From an uncultured Gemmatimonadaceae bacterium (GTDB lineage Bacteria; Gemmatimonadota; Gemmatimonadetes; Gemmatimonadales; Gemmatimonadaceae): a DNA stretch of 64,000 bases. The first letter of the stretch is position 1; the number at the start of each line of letters is the position of its first letter. The notes beneath the pieces were generated by a model, which was not told the origin of the DNA, did not search any database, and saw only the letters and a list, made by a program, of their open reading frames with translations. Below are positions 1 to 9,279 of this stretch, piece after piece. Made by a program: the position numbers and the translations under genes. The stretch lies in contig CAWGJO010000021.1 in the NCBI GenBank assembly GCA_963822945.1, positions 288,001 through 352,000 on the forward strand, in the 5' to 3' direction.

Positions 1-331
1 TGGTGGCGAGGCCGGTGATCACGAGCGTGGAGAAGGCACCCAAACCGGCGCCGGCAAAACTGCGACTGGAACGCTGGACGGCGGCGCGCCCCGCAGCGGC
101 GGTCATCAACAGCAGCACCCCGGCGAGCACCAGCGGCTGCTCGATGCGAAACACCCATTGAAGCACGTAGCCCACGAGCAGCAGCTGAACCACGGTGCGA
201 ACCGACGCCACGGCCAGCTTGGACTCGAGCTTCAGGCGGAGGACGACGCTCACCAACCCCGCGACGAGCACCAGCGCCGCAGCGACGGACAGTTCGTACG
301 CCCCGAGGGGGATAGCGCCGCGCTCAGGCAT
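1..331 (-). CDS. fetB: ABC transporter permease, FetB/YbbM (UPF0014) family; runs off the window start
   Basis: Manual translation MPERGAIPLGAYELSVAAALVLVAGLVSVVLRLKLESKLAVASVRTVVQLLLVGYVLQWVF; the RxxVQLxxxGYVLxxxF motif; start overlaps the stop of the upstream ATPase. Confidence 0.8.
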   Translation of the reverse strand, partial: MPERGAIPLGAYELSVAAALVLVAGLVSVVLRLKLESKLAVASVRTVVQLLLVGYVLQWVFRIEQPLVLAGVLLLMTAAAGRAAVQRSSRSFAGAGLGAFSTLVITGLAT

Positions 332-965
332 GATCCAAGACGTCGATCTGGCGCGCGGTCCAACGCCGGGTTTGGGCGGAATCGTGGCTCACGATGATGG
401 CGGCGAGCTCCCTCTCCCGGGCGCGCCGGCGCACCAGCTCCTCGACCCGCTCGACGGCTTCGGCGTCGAGCGCGCTGGTGGGCTCGTCCAACAGCAGCAC
501 ATCCGGCGAGATGCTCAGCGCGCGGATCAGGCCCACGCGCTGCTGCTCGCCGACGGACAGCGTACGCGCCTCTTGCTGCAACACGTCTTCAGCGAGTCCC
601 AGCCGTGTCAGGAGCTCTGCGAGCTCTTTCTCGTCCGGCTCCCCGGCCACGCTCCGGTAGCGGAACGGACGCAGCAGATTGTCGCGCACCGTCCCATCCA
701 AGAGCACAGCTCGCTGCGCGACGTAGGTCACGCGCCGGCGCCACTCGGGCCAAGGCCAATCGCCTGCTGCTCGTCCCCGAAGCCGGACGCTTCCGCTGTC
801 CGCGTCCCGGAGCCCGGCGACGGATCTGAGCAGCTCCGTCTTGCCGCTGCCCGAAGGGCCCGTCAGGCCGACCAGCTCGCCGCCCTCCAGGTCCAGCGAC
901 ACGTCCCGCATGAGAACGCGCCCCGGCACCGAAACGGCAACGGCATCGATCTCGAAGAGCGCCAC
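324..965 (-). CDS. fetA: ABC transporter ATP-binding protein, FetA/YbbL-like
   Basis: Walker A GPSGSGKT, signature LSVGEQQ, Walker B LLLDEPT, H-loop VSHD; coupled to fetB-like permease. Confidence 0.85.
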   Translation of the reverse strand: MALFEIDAVAVSVPGRVLMRDVSLDLEGGELVGLTGPSGSGKTELLRSVAGLRDADSGSVRLRGRAAGDWPWPEWRRRVTYVAQRAVLLDGTVRDNLLRPFRYRSVAGEPDEKELAELLTRLGLAEDVLQQEARTLSVGEQQRVGLIRALSISPDVLLLDEPTSALDAEAVERVEELVRRRARERELAAIIVSHDSAQTRRWTARQIDVLDHA

Positions 966-1023
966 GCCACGTGCCTATCACGCGCTCTTTCGGGAGTCAG
1001 CGCGGGGTGATAGCAATCGTCAC

Positions 1024-1716
1024 ATGCGCCATTCGTGGTTCCTACCGCTCGCCATCGTGCTGCTCGGCACGTCCGTGGCCTCGGCGGACGTCATCCCCAG
1101 TGGCCGGAAGAGCGTGCGCCTGTCCATTCGCGTGGATGCTCCTGGGGTTCCAGCCGGCAAAGTGCTGGTCCTCGCCCATACTTTTCGAGGCGCCGATCGC
1201 ATCGTCCCGGGCCAAGTTGCCAAAGTCGACTGGCATCCGATGGGCGGCGCGATGCAACTCGTCGCGGTCGACTCCGGCGCGGCCGACAAGCTCGCAGCGC
1301 TACAGAAGGACATGAATCGCGAGGCCGCCAACGCCATCACCGATGCAGGCGAAAAGTGCGGCAAGCCCTTCCAGGGCGTCCGCACGGTGCCGGACACCAT
1401 GACGGCGGACGAGATCCGTTGGGTCTACCGCGTGAGCTTCTCGCCACAGGGCTGCGCCGCGGACCTGGTGCGCACCGAGTACCTGGCCGAGGACGGCACC
1501 CTGGTGGAGGCGGAGGGGGGCGACGTCCCCGAGACACCGCCCAGCGTTTCGGCCGAGCCCAGCGCTCCCACACCAGCGCCTGCGCCGTCGCAGGCCGCAC
1601 CGCCGCCCGCCAAGAGCGGCTGCGGCGCGTGCACCGCCACGCGCGCGCCGCTTCCCCTCGGCGCTCCCCTGGCGTTGTTCTGCGCGGCTCTGGCCTGGGC
1701 GCTGCGTCGCCGCTGA
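1024..1716 (+). CDS. Secreted hypothetical protein with MYXO-CTERM-like C-terminal anchor
   Basis: Signal peptide MRHSWFLPLAIVLLGTSVASA; Pro/Ala linker; tail KSGCGAC...LALFCAALAWALRRR. Confidence 0.7.
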   Translation: MRHSWFLPLAIVLLGTSVASADVIPSGRKSVRLSIRVDAPGVPAGKVLVLAHTFRGADRIVPGQVAKVDWHPMGGAMQLVAVDSGAADKLAALQKDMNREAANAITDAGEKCGKPFQGVRTVPDTMTADEIRWVYRVSFSPQGCAADLVRTEYLAEDGTLVEAEGGDVPETPPSVSAEPSAPTPAPAPSQAAPPPAKSGCGACTATRAPLPLGAPLALFCAALAWALRRR

Positions 1717-2361
1717 CTACGGTGCCTGCGGAAACGTCGCCACGGCAAGGCTGCCTTGGATGACGCCCGCTTGAAGCTCGTCGACGGGTTGTGCGCTGGC
1801 GGCCACGACGCCGCTCTGAAGGCTGGGCACCAATGCGAACAGCATCGTCGAGAAGGTCGCGTACTCCGGAAAGGGCTGCCAGGTCCCTTTCAGCTCCGGG
1901 CGCGTGGTGGCCGCCAGGATCTGCATGGGCCCGACGGCGCCGCTGTTCACCATCAACCAGGCTTTGGCCGGCAACGTCTCGCTGAACTTCCCGTCCGCCG
2001 TCGAAAATCCGAGAGTCAGCCCCGCGATGGCCACGCGTCGATCCGCGACCTGGTGGCTCTGGGATTCGAACGGCGGATAGCACGTCGCCGCCGGAGCATC
2101 GGGCCACGCGATTGTCACGCTGACGTCCGTGGGATCAACGGGCTGTCCCGACGCCGTGATGTACGCCAGGGTGGAGTCCTGCGCGTCCACCCGCTGGTCC
2201 AAGATCGATTGGCCTGTGAGACCAGCCATCCCCTCGCACGGGTCGCTCAGCGAGGCCAGCTGGTGCCCTCCGAACTTACCGCCGTCCGACGCCGCATCGT
2301 CGCTGCTTCCGCAGGCGATCAGAACCGGGAGCGCGAGGAGGGGCGCCAGGCGTTCGAGCAT
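1717..2361 (-). CDS. Hypothetical lipoprotein
   Basis: MLERLAPLLALPVLIAC lipobox-like start; open frame to 1717. Confidence 0.6.
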   Translation of the reverse strand: MLERLAPLLALPVLIACGSSDDAASDGGKFGGHQLASLSDPCEGMAGLTGQSILDQRVDAQDSTLAYITASGQPVDPTDVSVTIAWPDAPAATCYPPFESQSHQVADRRVAIAGLTLGFSTADGKFSETLPAKAWLMVNSGAVGPMQILAATTRPELKGTWQPFPEYATFSTMLFALVPSLQSGVVAASAQPVDELQAGVIQGSLAVATFPQAP

Positions 2362-2378
2362 GAACCAGTGTACCAGTC

Positions 2379-3567
2379 TCAACTGAGAAAGCGGCATGCC
2401 CGTCTCACCAGGTCTATCCCCGCGTCCAGGGCCAGGACCTGCTCCTGATTGGATTGCCTCAGCGACAGCGAACGGTCCCGCGCCTCCCGGGCGCCCACCA
2501 CCACGAAGAACGGCACCGCCGCTTCGTGGGCGCGCGCGACACGACGCGCGAGGGAGTCCCTACCTGGGTCCAGGCGTGCCCGCACGGAACATCGCTGGAG
2601 CGCTTCCAGAACTTCTCCAGCGTAGCTCTGCTGCAGCTTCGGAAATCGCAGTCACCACGACCTGGTCCGGCGCGAGCCACGCGGGCAGCACGCCGCCGTG
2701 GTGCTCGAGTAGCACGCCCAGGAAGCGTTCCACGCTGCCGTACAGCGCCCGGTGCAGCATTGCCGGCCGGCGCCGCGCACCTCCCGAGTCCACGTAGTGG
2801 ATGTCGAAGCTCTCGGGCAGCACGAAGTCGAGCTGTATCGTCCCACACTGCCACGCCCGACCGAAGCAATCCCGGAGCGACAGCTCGAGCTTGGGCCCGT
2901 AGAAGGCTCCGGCTCCGGGCTGCTCCGTGTACTCGAGCCCGGCCCTCTCGGCGCTGGACGCCAACAGGGCCTCGGCCCGATCCCAGATCTCATCGGAGCC
3001 GGTGCGCTTCTCCGGCCGGAGTGACAGTGCGACCGCCACGTCGTGAAACCCGAACGCCGCGTAGAGATCGAACAGTCCCCTCAGAAAACGCACGACCTCG
3101 TCCTGGATCTGGTCCGGCGCGCAAAATACGTGGCCGTCGTCCTGGGTGAACTGCCGCAGGCGAAACAGGCCCTGCAGCGTGCCGCTGGGCTCGTCTCGAT
3201 GCACCACGCCGAGCTCGGCAAGCCGCACCGGCAAGTCGCGGAAGGATGCCGCCCGGCGTCGGAAGATCTCCACGTGCCCGGGGCAGCTCACCGGCTTGAG
3301 CGCCGCCTGCTCCGCCTGGAGCACGAACATGCCTTCGGGAAAGCTGTGCCAATGGCCGCTTCGCTCCCAAATCGCCTTCTTCAGGAGCTGCGGTGTGCGC
3401 ACTTCTTCGTAGCCCTGACGCTCCAGCTGCCGGCGCGCGGCCAGCTCCAGCTGTCGAAACAGGGACAAGCCCCGGGCGTGCCAAAACACCATCCCCGGTG
3501 CCTCTTCCTGAAAGTGAAAGAGATCGAGGCGCTTGCCTATTTGCCTGTGGTCGTTGTCGTCGAGCAT
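2379..3567 (-). CDS. thrS: Threonine--tRNA ligase, short form (catalytic core + anticodon-binding domain, no N-terminal TGS/editing domains); frameshift near 2620
   Basis: DHRQIGKRLDLF, WERSGHW, KPVSCPGH, GLFRLRQFTQDDGH, GAFYGPK, WQCGTIQLDF, HRALYGSVERF; anticodon domain continues in ORF 2379-2585. Confidence 0.92.
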
Positions 3568-3622
3568 GACTCGGTCCTGTCGTCTGAGGCCGGACCGACG
3601 GAGCTCCTGGTGGCCAAATGCC

Positions 3623-3651
3623 AAAAGCCCCGTCGGTTTCCCGGCGGGGCT
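3623..3651 (-). terminator. Attenuator terminator hairpin in the thrS leader
   Basis: Minus strand AGCCCCGCCGG-GAAA-CCGACGGGGCT then TTT; 11-bp stem with one mismatch, GNRA loop, short U tract. Confidence 0.75.
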
Positions 3652-3673
3652 GATTTCACGAAGCGTTTGGCCG

Positions 3674-3745
3674 TTACCGCGCGCGCACGAAACCGTTCCC
3701 GCCGAAGCAGGTCGTGGTCGTCGTGGTCGCGGTGGCGCGTTGCAT
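3674..3745 (-). CDS. Thr-rich leader peptide (23 aa) of the thrS attenuator
   Basis: Manual translation MQRATATTTTTTCFGGNGFVRAR*; 7 Thr codons among codons 5-12; directly upstream of the terminator and thrS. Confidence 0.85.
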   Translation of the reverse strand: MQRATATTTTTTCFGGNGFVRAR

Positions 3746-3753
3746 TGCGTCGA

Positions 3754-3784
3754 ATTCTTTGCGACATCTGCCCGCGTCTGTCAA
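3754..3784 (-). promoter_or_regulatory. Possible sigma70-type promoter for the thrS leader (near-leaderless transcript)
   Basis: TTGACA (3784-3779) then AAGAAT (3759-3754) after a 19-nt spacer; ATG 8 nt downstream, no SD. Confidence 0.4.
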
Positions 3785-3870
3785 GCCGAACCCCGCGATT
3801 TGCCCCGGGATCGTCCCCAAACTTGCGCGGGTGGCCCCCCCTCGGTACACCCGGGCGGTTGCGGAAACCG

Positions 3871-6512
3871 ATGCAGCTCAAGGCCTTCGTCAAGCAGCGC
3901 GCGCCGCTGCTCGCCGTTGCCGCCGGCCTGGGGTTCGGGGTGCGCTGCGCCGCGGAGCGTCCACCGGCGCGATCCCTCGAAGGGCTGGCGACCATGCTCG
4001 GCCATGCTTCGGGTACCGTGGTGGACCCGCGGGACATTCGCTGGGAGCCGAGCCCGGGCTTCCTCTCGGAGACCTTCTTCGGCCGGAAGATATTGTTTCT
4101 TGGTGCCCAGGCCAAGGGCAAGCCGCGGGACGTGTACCGCGCCGCCGTGCGCGTCACGCTGGACGGCAAGCCGATTGGTGTCCGTCAGATCCGAAACCTC
4201 ACGGACACGCCCTTGGGCGACGACGCCGGCCTCGAGGTTCGCGACAACGTCGCGGCCTTCGCCACCGTCGCCTTCGGCAGCATCCAGGGCGTGACACTTC
4301 TCGAGCTTTCGGGCGTCAGGCCCGAGGACCGACCCCGGAGCTCGTTCCAGCGGGCGCTGCAGGCGGTCACGTCGTTCCAGGAGACGGGCAGCTCGGATGG
4401 TGTGGGCCGCACCGACGTAGTGCTGGAGCTACCCGCGAAGCAGGCCAAGCTGGTGCTCGATCCGCCGCTCTTGCGCGTGGAGATCGGAGAGCAGGGGCGC
4501 AGCCTGGTGCTCGACACGCGCACACGCGAAGCTCACCGCCGCCGAGGGCGGCCAGGCCTACGCGGCGCGCGCCGAGGTGCACCGCCAACACGCAAAAGCC
4601 GTTGGTGTTGTGGGGCGTCGACACGGTGCGCGCGGAGGTCGGCCCCGGACCCATCGCCTGGCTGGAGGACAAGGTGTTTGGCGCCAAGGACACCGTCCGG
4701 CGCACGACATTCAAGCTGTTCTCGAACAGCGGGGACAAGAACCAACTGAAGGGTGACACGGGCGCGGACACCGTCGCGCGAGTGCTCGACGCCTCGGAGT
4801 TGAAGGACGGCGACAACTGGCCGCCGCCGCCGATTCCGTCACTGTGGAAAGAGCTGAAGCCCGGCGAAGGCGAGTGGCAACCGGTACAGCTGCCGTTCTT
4901 GCGCCCGTTGCCGGGAACGGATTCCAAGGCCGGCAAAGCACCAGCCTACTTCTACAAGACGTTCATTCGGCCGGACTCGGAACGCCCCTACTCCGAGGTG
5001 ATGCTGATCGCGATGGACATGCGGCAGCTGGAGCTGGGCATGCAGGCGGGCTTCGAGGACCCCAAGCCGCTGGCGGGCCCCCCCGGCGACGGGCGGCTGC
5101 CGCGGGACAAGGACGTGCAGGACCGCATCGTCGCGACGTTCAACGGCGCCTTCAAGACCACCCACGGCAAGTACGGCATGATGGTGAACAAGCGCGTGCT
5201 GTTGCCTCCCGTACCGGGCGCCGCGACGGTGACCGTGACCGACAGCGAGGATGTCGGCCTGGGCAGCTGGCCGCAATCCGAGGACATCCCGGACAACATC
5301 GTCTCTTTCCGCCAAAACCTCGACCCGCTGGTGGAGGACGGCGTGGCCAATCCGACAGGCCGATACATCTGGGGCTGGCAGCTCTCGGGTACCAGCGTGA
5401 TGACCCAGCGCACCGCGCTGTGCGTCACGCCCGGCCGGCCATCTCTACTACGCCTTCGGCTCGGAAATCGACGGGCCCACGCTGGGCAAGGCACTGCGCC
5501 AGGCGGGGTGCTCCTACGGCATGCACCTCGACATGAATCCCGGCCACTGCGGCTTCGTGTTCACCGACATCGTCGACATGCGCGCCAAAGAGTTCAATCT
5601 CAAGAAGGCGCACGAGGACATGAAGCTGGACCCGGGAAGTTCGTGCGCTGGAGCGCCAAGGACTTCTTCTACGTCATGGTTCGCAACCCCGTGCCCAAAG
5701 ACCCGAGCCGCGTGCAGTGGAAGCCCGACGGCGGCACCCAGCCGGCGCCTTCCTGGCTGCCGGGTGTCTTTTCCGCACGGCTGCGCATGGGCAATCTCGA
5801 CGTGGACTTGGAAAGCTTCGAGCCGGGCCGCGTGGAGTGGCGCGTGCGGGCCGGCAGCAAAGAGCCGAGCATGGAAGGCGGCGTGAAGAAGAAGCTCGAG
5901 CTCAGCGGCGACGAGCAGCACAAGGTCATCGCGGCCATCAACCTGGGCCACACCACCGAGGTGACTCGCTACGGGCTGGCTTTCGACGGCAAGCCGGCGC
6001 TGGATCTGCGCAGCGCCTACGCCACCGTGGTGGTGGCTCCCCATCGCGCGCCCAAGCTGTTGCCGCCCGGCTCGCAGCCGGTGCTCAAGATCGACGAGGA
6101 AGCCGTTCAGCTGCCCCTCCTGGCCGAGGACGGCAAGCTCACGGAATACGCCTTGACCCACGGGCCCATGCGCCTGCGCGGCGCCCTGTGCGTGGCGTCG
6201 GGACGCGTGCTGGTCGCCCGCGCACGGCATGACTCCAGCGATTCCCTCGCCGCAGCGCTGCTCCGCACCGGCTGCAAGCGCGTCGTCGAGCTCGACCGCG
6301 GCTCGCAGCACCCCGCGTTCTTGCATCGCGCGGGAACCAACACGCCCCCGCTGGCCGGTTACGAGACGACGGTGCTGTACGCCTTGGGCCACGGCATGGT
6401 TCCCCACGCGTTCCGCTGGAAGGCCGAGGGCGCCGTGCCCAGCACCAAGCCGACCGGCTACGACGTCCCCCACCCGAAGCCGAAGAAGCGAGAGGTCGCG
6501 AAAGCGAACTGA
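3871..6512 (+). CDS. Large exported protein with two phosphodiester glycosidase (NAGPA/DUF2233)-like repeats; frameshifts near 4530, 5430, 5630
   Basis: N-terminal hydrophobic segment; repeat 1 ATFNGAF...QRTALCV...GMHLDMNPG; repeat 2 AAINLG...LRGALCV...VVELDRGS; pieces in ORFs 3043, 3714 and 5521. Confidence 0.55.
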
Positions 6513-6581
6513 TCATTTTTGGCTCTCCTCACACCTTAGTGGGTGCGCTTTTCGAACGCGGCGTCGACGGTGGCGCTGAAA

Positions 6582-7743
6582 TCATCCTGGAACGAGCAAC
6601 GCGAACGCAAGGCGGAGCAGCTCTTCCATGGACAAGGAGGTCTCGTCGCGCGCCACGTTGGCCACGACCTGCTTGCTCTCGGCCTTCTTGAAGCCCGGGC
6701 CAGGAGCGCGGCGAGGAGTTTTTCCCGCTTCTGCTCCACGGGATCCAGCTCGGCTGGCCCCGACTTTCGCTGGCGCAAGTCGATCGCTCGCTCCACGGGC
6801 TCCCGGCCGAAAACCTGTTTTGCGTGATGTAAGTTGTGCTCTCTGACAGAGCAGCCGGCTCTCGTCCGCCTTGCCGCTGCCACCGAGAGCTCGCGCGCTC
6901 GACATGGTCGTACTGAAGGAACGCCTTGGACGTGCAGCGCACTCCGTCCTCCGAAACGAAGGCGCACTGCGCGTCGTCCCGCTCGTACACCTCGCGCTTG
7001 TCTTTTCGCGACGGGCTGCCGTCTTTGGTCCCCCGAGAGCACCGTGTCCGGTCCGTCTTGCCCCACTGCTTGTTCTCGAGCTCGCGGATGAGCGCATCCA
7101 GGGCGCGCTCAATCACGATCTCGAGCTCCCGGCTCACGTGGCTCATCAGATTGCGCGCGTGCTCGAGCTTGTCCCGGAGGCGCGCGCTTGCCGTGAACTG
7201 CACACCGAAGCGCTCCTCGGAAAGCGGCTCGACCTGCGGCCGCGGCCCAGCGGGCGCGCCGTCCAAGCCCAGGTGGCCCTGCTCGCCTTTCGGCGACAGC
7301 GGCTGCACGCAGTCTGGGACGTCCGGCTTCGGGAACCAGCGAGCCAGGATCTCGCGAATTGCCGCCTTCGTCTTTCCCGCGGCTTCCTCCAGGAGTTTCT
7401 CATGGTTTTCCGCCGTCAGGTGAGGCGCGAGGAGCGACAGTCCCGACAGATGCAGCCTGCCGTCGGCCAGCATCTCCAGCACCAGTGGGTACCGGTGCGC
7501 CGAGCGCGTGCCGGAGATGGCGCGATGCGCGGTGCCCTCGCTCATGCCGAAGCCCCGCACGCAGAAGTCGAACATCGACGAATAGCCGCGAAGCAGATGC
7601 AGCTCGCGCGCTTCGATCACCGCGAGGTGCGCCAACAAGAGTGCCGTCGCTTTTCGCCGCTCGCCGTTGGCGGACAGTGCGCTGGTCCAGAGATCGCGAT
7701 CAGAAAGCTGCGTCAGCGTGGCAACCGATTCGTGCAATGACAT
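6582..7743 (-). CDS. DUF222-like/HNH endonuclease protein with RuvA-C-like tail; frameshifts near 6890, 6840, 6700
   Basis: LAHLAVIEARELHLLRGYSSMFDFC...GRLHLSGLSLL; HNH region VYERDDAQCAFVSEDGVRC...LQYDHV..ALGG...RLLC..HNLHHA; tail GFKKAESKQVV; GGAGG SD. Confidence 0.75.
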
Positions 7744-7784
7744 GAGGTCCTCCCCAGGGTTGTCTCCGGCATATCACGGTGAAA

Positions 7785-8055
7785 TTCGCCCTCGTGAGCG
7801 GCGCGCCAGCGCGCTTTCACGACTGCGAACCCTTCGAAACTCGATTTCGCTTCGGAGCTCCATTCACGTGCGCGTGAGCGCGAACAACGCGCGCCTCCCG
7901 AACGAGCGACGAAATCGAAACGCCGCTCCCGCGACGACCCGTCAAACAAATTCGACAGGGCACGGTCGATTTCGCGCGCCGCTTTCCATGCGCATCAGTC
8001 GACCGGGGCAAGGAAACGATGGTGCGCTCGCACGCCCCACCCCAGGAGCGCGCCA
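7785..8055. ncRNA. Candidate structured RNA in the non-coding part of the IS-like element
   Basis: Stems TCGTGA/TCACGA (7792-7797/7817-7822), TCGATTTCG/CGAAATCGA (7841-7849/7910-7918), CGGTCGA/TCGACCG (7963-7969/7999-8005), TGGTGCGCTC/GAGCGCGCCA (8020-8029/8046-8055). Confidence 0.35.
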
Positions 8056-8115
8056 CGCACCCGGCCATTGCCACGACCTGTTTGCCCACCCACGAAGATG
8101 TGAGGAGAGCCTTTT

Positions 8116-8171
8116 TTTGTTGGTCCGGCGCGACGTCCGTCGGGCCGCGGCGCTTCCGCGGCGAACCAACA
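8116..8171. repeat. REP-like palindromic repeat, copy 1
   Basis: TTTGTTGGTCCGGCGCG ... CGCGGCGAACCAACA imperfect inverted arms. Confidence 0.65.
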
Positions 8172-8247
8172 TCCAAACGCCCCGGCTCGCATTCCAAGGA
8201 GCACGGCGGCATCGCGCACCCGAGGGTGATGGCGTAGCCTCGCCGTC

Positions 8248-9279
8248 ATGGAACCGTGGTCCCACGAGTACGCGGGCCGCATCGAGGAGATCGTCTTCGA
8301 GAGCGAGCTATTGAAGGATAACCCTCTAGGCGACCCACACGTCCGGCCGCTGTGGGTCTACTTGCCGCCCGGCTACGACGACACGCCCAGCCAGCGCTAT
8401 CCGGTGGTGTATGCGATCCAGGGGCTCACCGGGCAGCTGGACATGTGGAAGAACCGCTATCCGTTGCGCAAGAACTTCCCGGAGCTCGCCGACCAGCTGT
8501 TCGCGGCAAAGAAGGCGCCGCCCTGCATCGTGGTGTACGTGGATTGCTGGACGCGCCTGGGCGGCAGCCAATTCCTCGACTCCCCAGGCACGGGCGAATA
8601 CCACAGCTATCTGTGCAACGAGGTCGTGCCCTTCGTGGACGACAAGTTCCGCACGCTGCCGAGCGCGGCCCACCGCGGCATCATGGGCAAGTCCAGCGGG
8701 GGCTACGGAGCCATGGTCACGCCCATGCTGCGCCCGGATCTGTTCGGCGGGCTCGCGACCCACGCCGGAGACGCGCTGTTCGAGACCTGCTACCAGCCGG
8801 CGTTCCGCGATGCCGTTCGCGCGCTGCGCGATCATTGCGACGGTAGCTTCGAGGCATTCTGGGCACGGCAGCGCACGTCGACGCCACTGCGCGAGCCGTG
8901 GGAGATGCATCTATTGAACGACTACTGCATGGCTGCTTGCTATTCGGCGGAGGAAGACGGCACGGTCCGGCTTCCCTACGACACGGCCACCGGCCGGATA
9001 ATCCCGGAAATATGGGAGCGTTGGCTGGCGTGGGACCCGGTTCGGATGGTGTCCAAGCATGGGCCTGCGTTGCGCGGCCTGCGCGCCATCTACATCGACG
9101 CCGGCCACCGCGATCAGTACTTCCTGGATCTCGGGGCCGAGGCGTTCCGCCGGGAGCTGGATGCCATTGGCGTGGGCGAGGTGTACTTCGAGTTGTTCGA
9201 CGCGACCCACTCCGCCATCGAGTACCGCTACCCGCTAGCCCTCCGCTATCTGGCCGATCGCCTCAGCCCCGCCCCCTGA
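8248..9279 (+). CDS. Alpha/beta hydrolase, enterochelin-esterase-like putative esterase
   Basis: VYLPPGY, nucleophile elbow GKSSGG, IYIDAG..D, C-terminal His. Confidence 0.85.
   Translation: MEPWSHEYAGRIEEIVFESELLKDNPLGDPHVRPLWVYLPPGYDDTPSQRYPVVYAIQGLTGQLDMWKNRYPLRKNFPELADQLFAAKKAPPCIVVYVDCWTRLGGSQFLDSPGTGEYHSYLCNEVVPFVDDKFRTLPSAAHRGIMGKSSGGYGAMVTPMLRPDLFGGLATHAGDALFETCYQPAFRDAVRALRDHCDGSFEAFWARQRTSTPLREPWEMHLLNDYCMAACYSAEEDGTVRLPYDTATGRIIPEIWERWLAWDPVRMVSKHGPALRGLRAIYIDAGHRDQYFLDLGAEAFRRELDAIGVGEVYFELFDATHSAIEYRYPLALRYLADRLSPAP

Larger units (their letters stand above)
6521..8111. mobile_element. IS-like element (1,591 bp) with 28-bp terminal inverted repeats, carrying an HNH-domain gene and no DDE transposase
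   Basis: Left end 6521-6548 GGCTCTCCTCACACCTTAGTGGGTGCGC; reverse complement of right end 8084-8111 GGCTCTCCTCACATCTTCGTGGGTGGGC (25/28 identical); TTTTT on both flanks (6516-6520, 8112-8116). Confidence 0.8.

Noticed and set aside
3568..3745. T-box riboswitch upstream of thrS
   Set aside because: No T-box consensus seen; the Thr-rich uORF explains the leader.
6582..7743. Calling the HNH protein IscB, TnpB or Cas9-like
   Set aside because: No RuvC motifs or PLMP N-terminus visible, and the ends are TIRs rather than IS200/605 hairpin ends.
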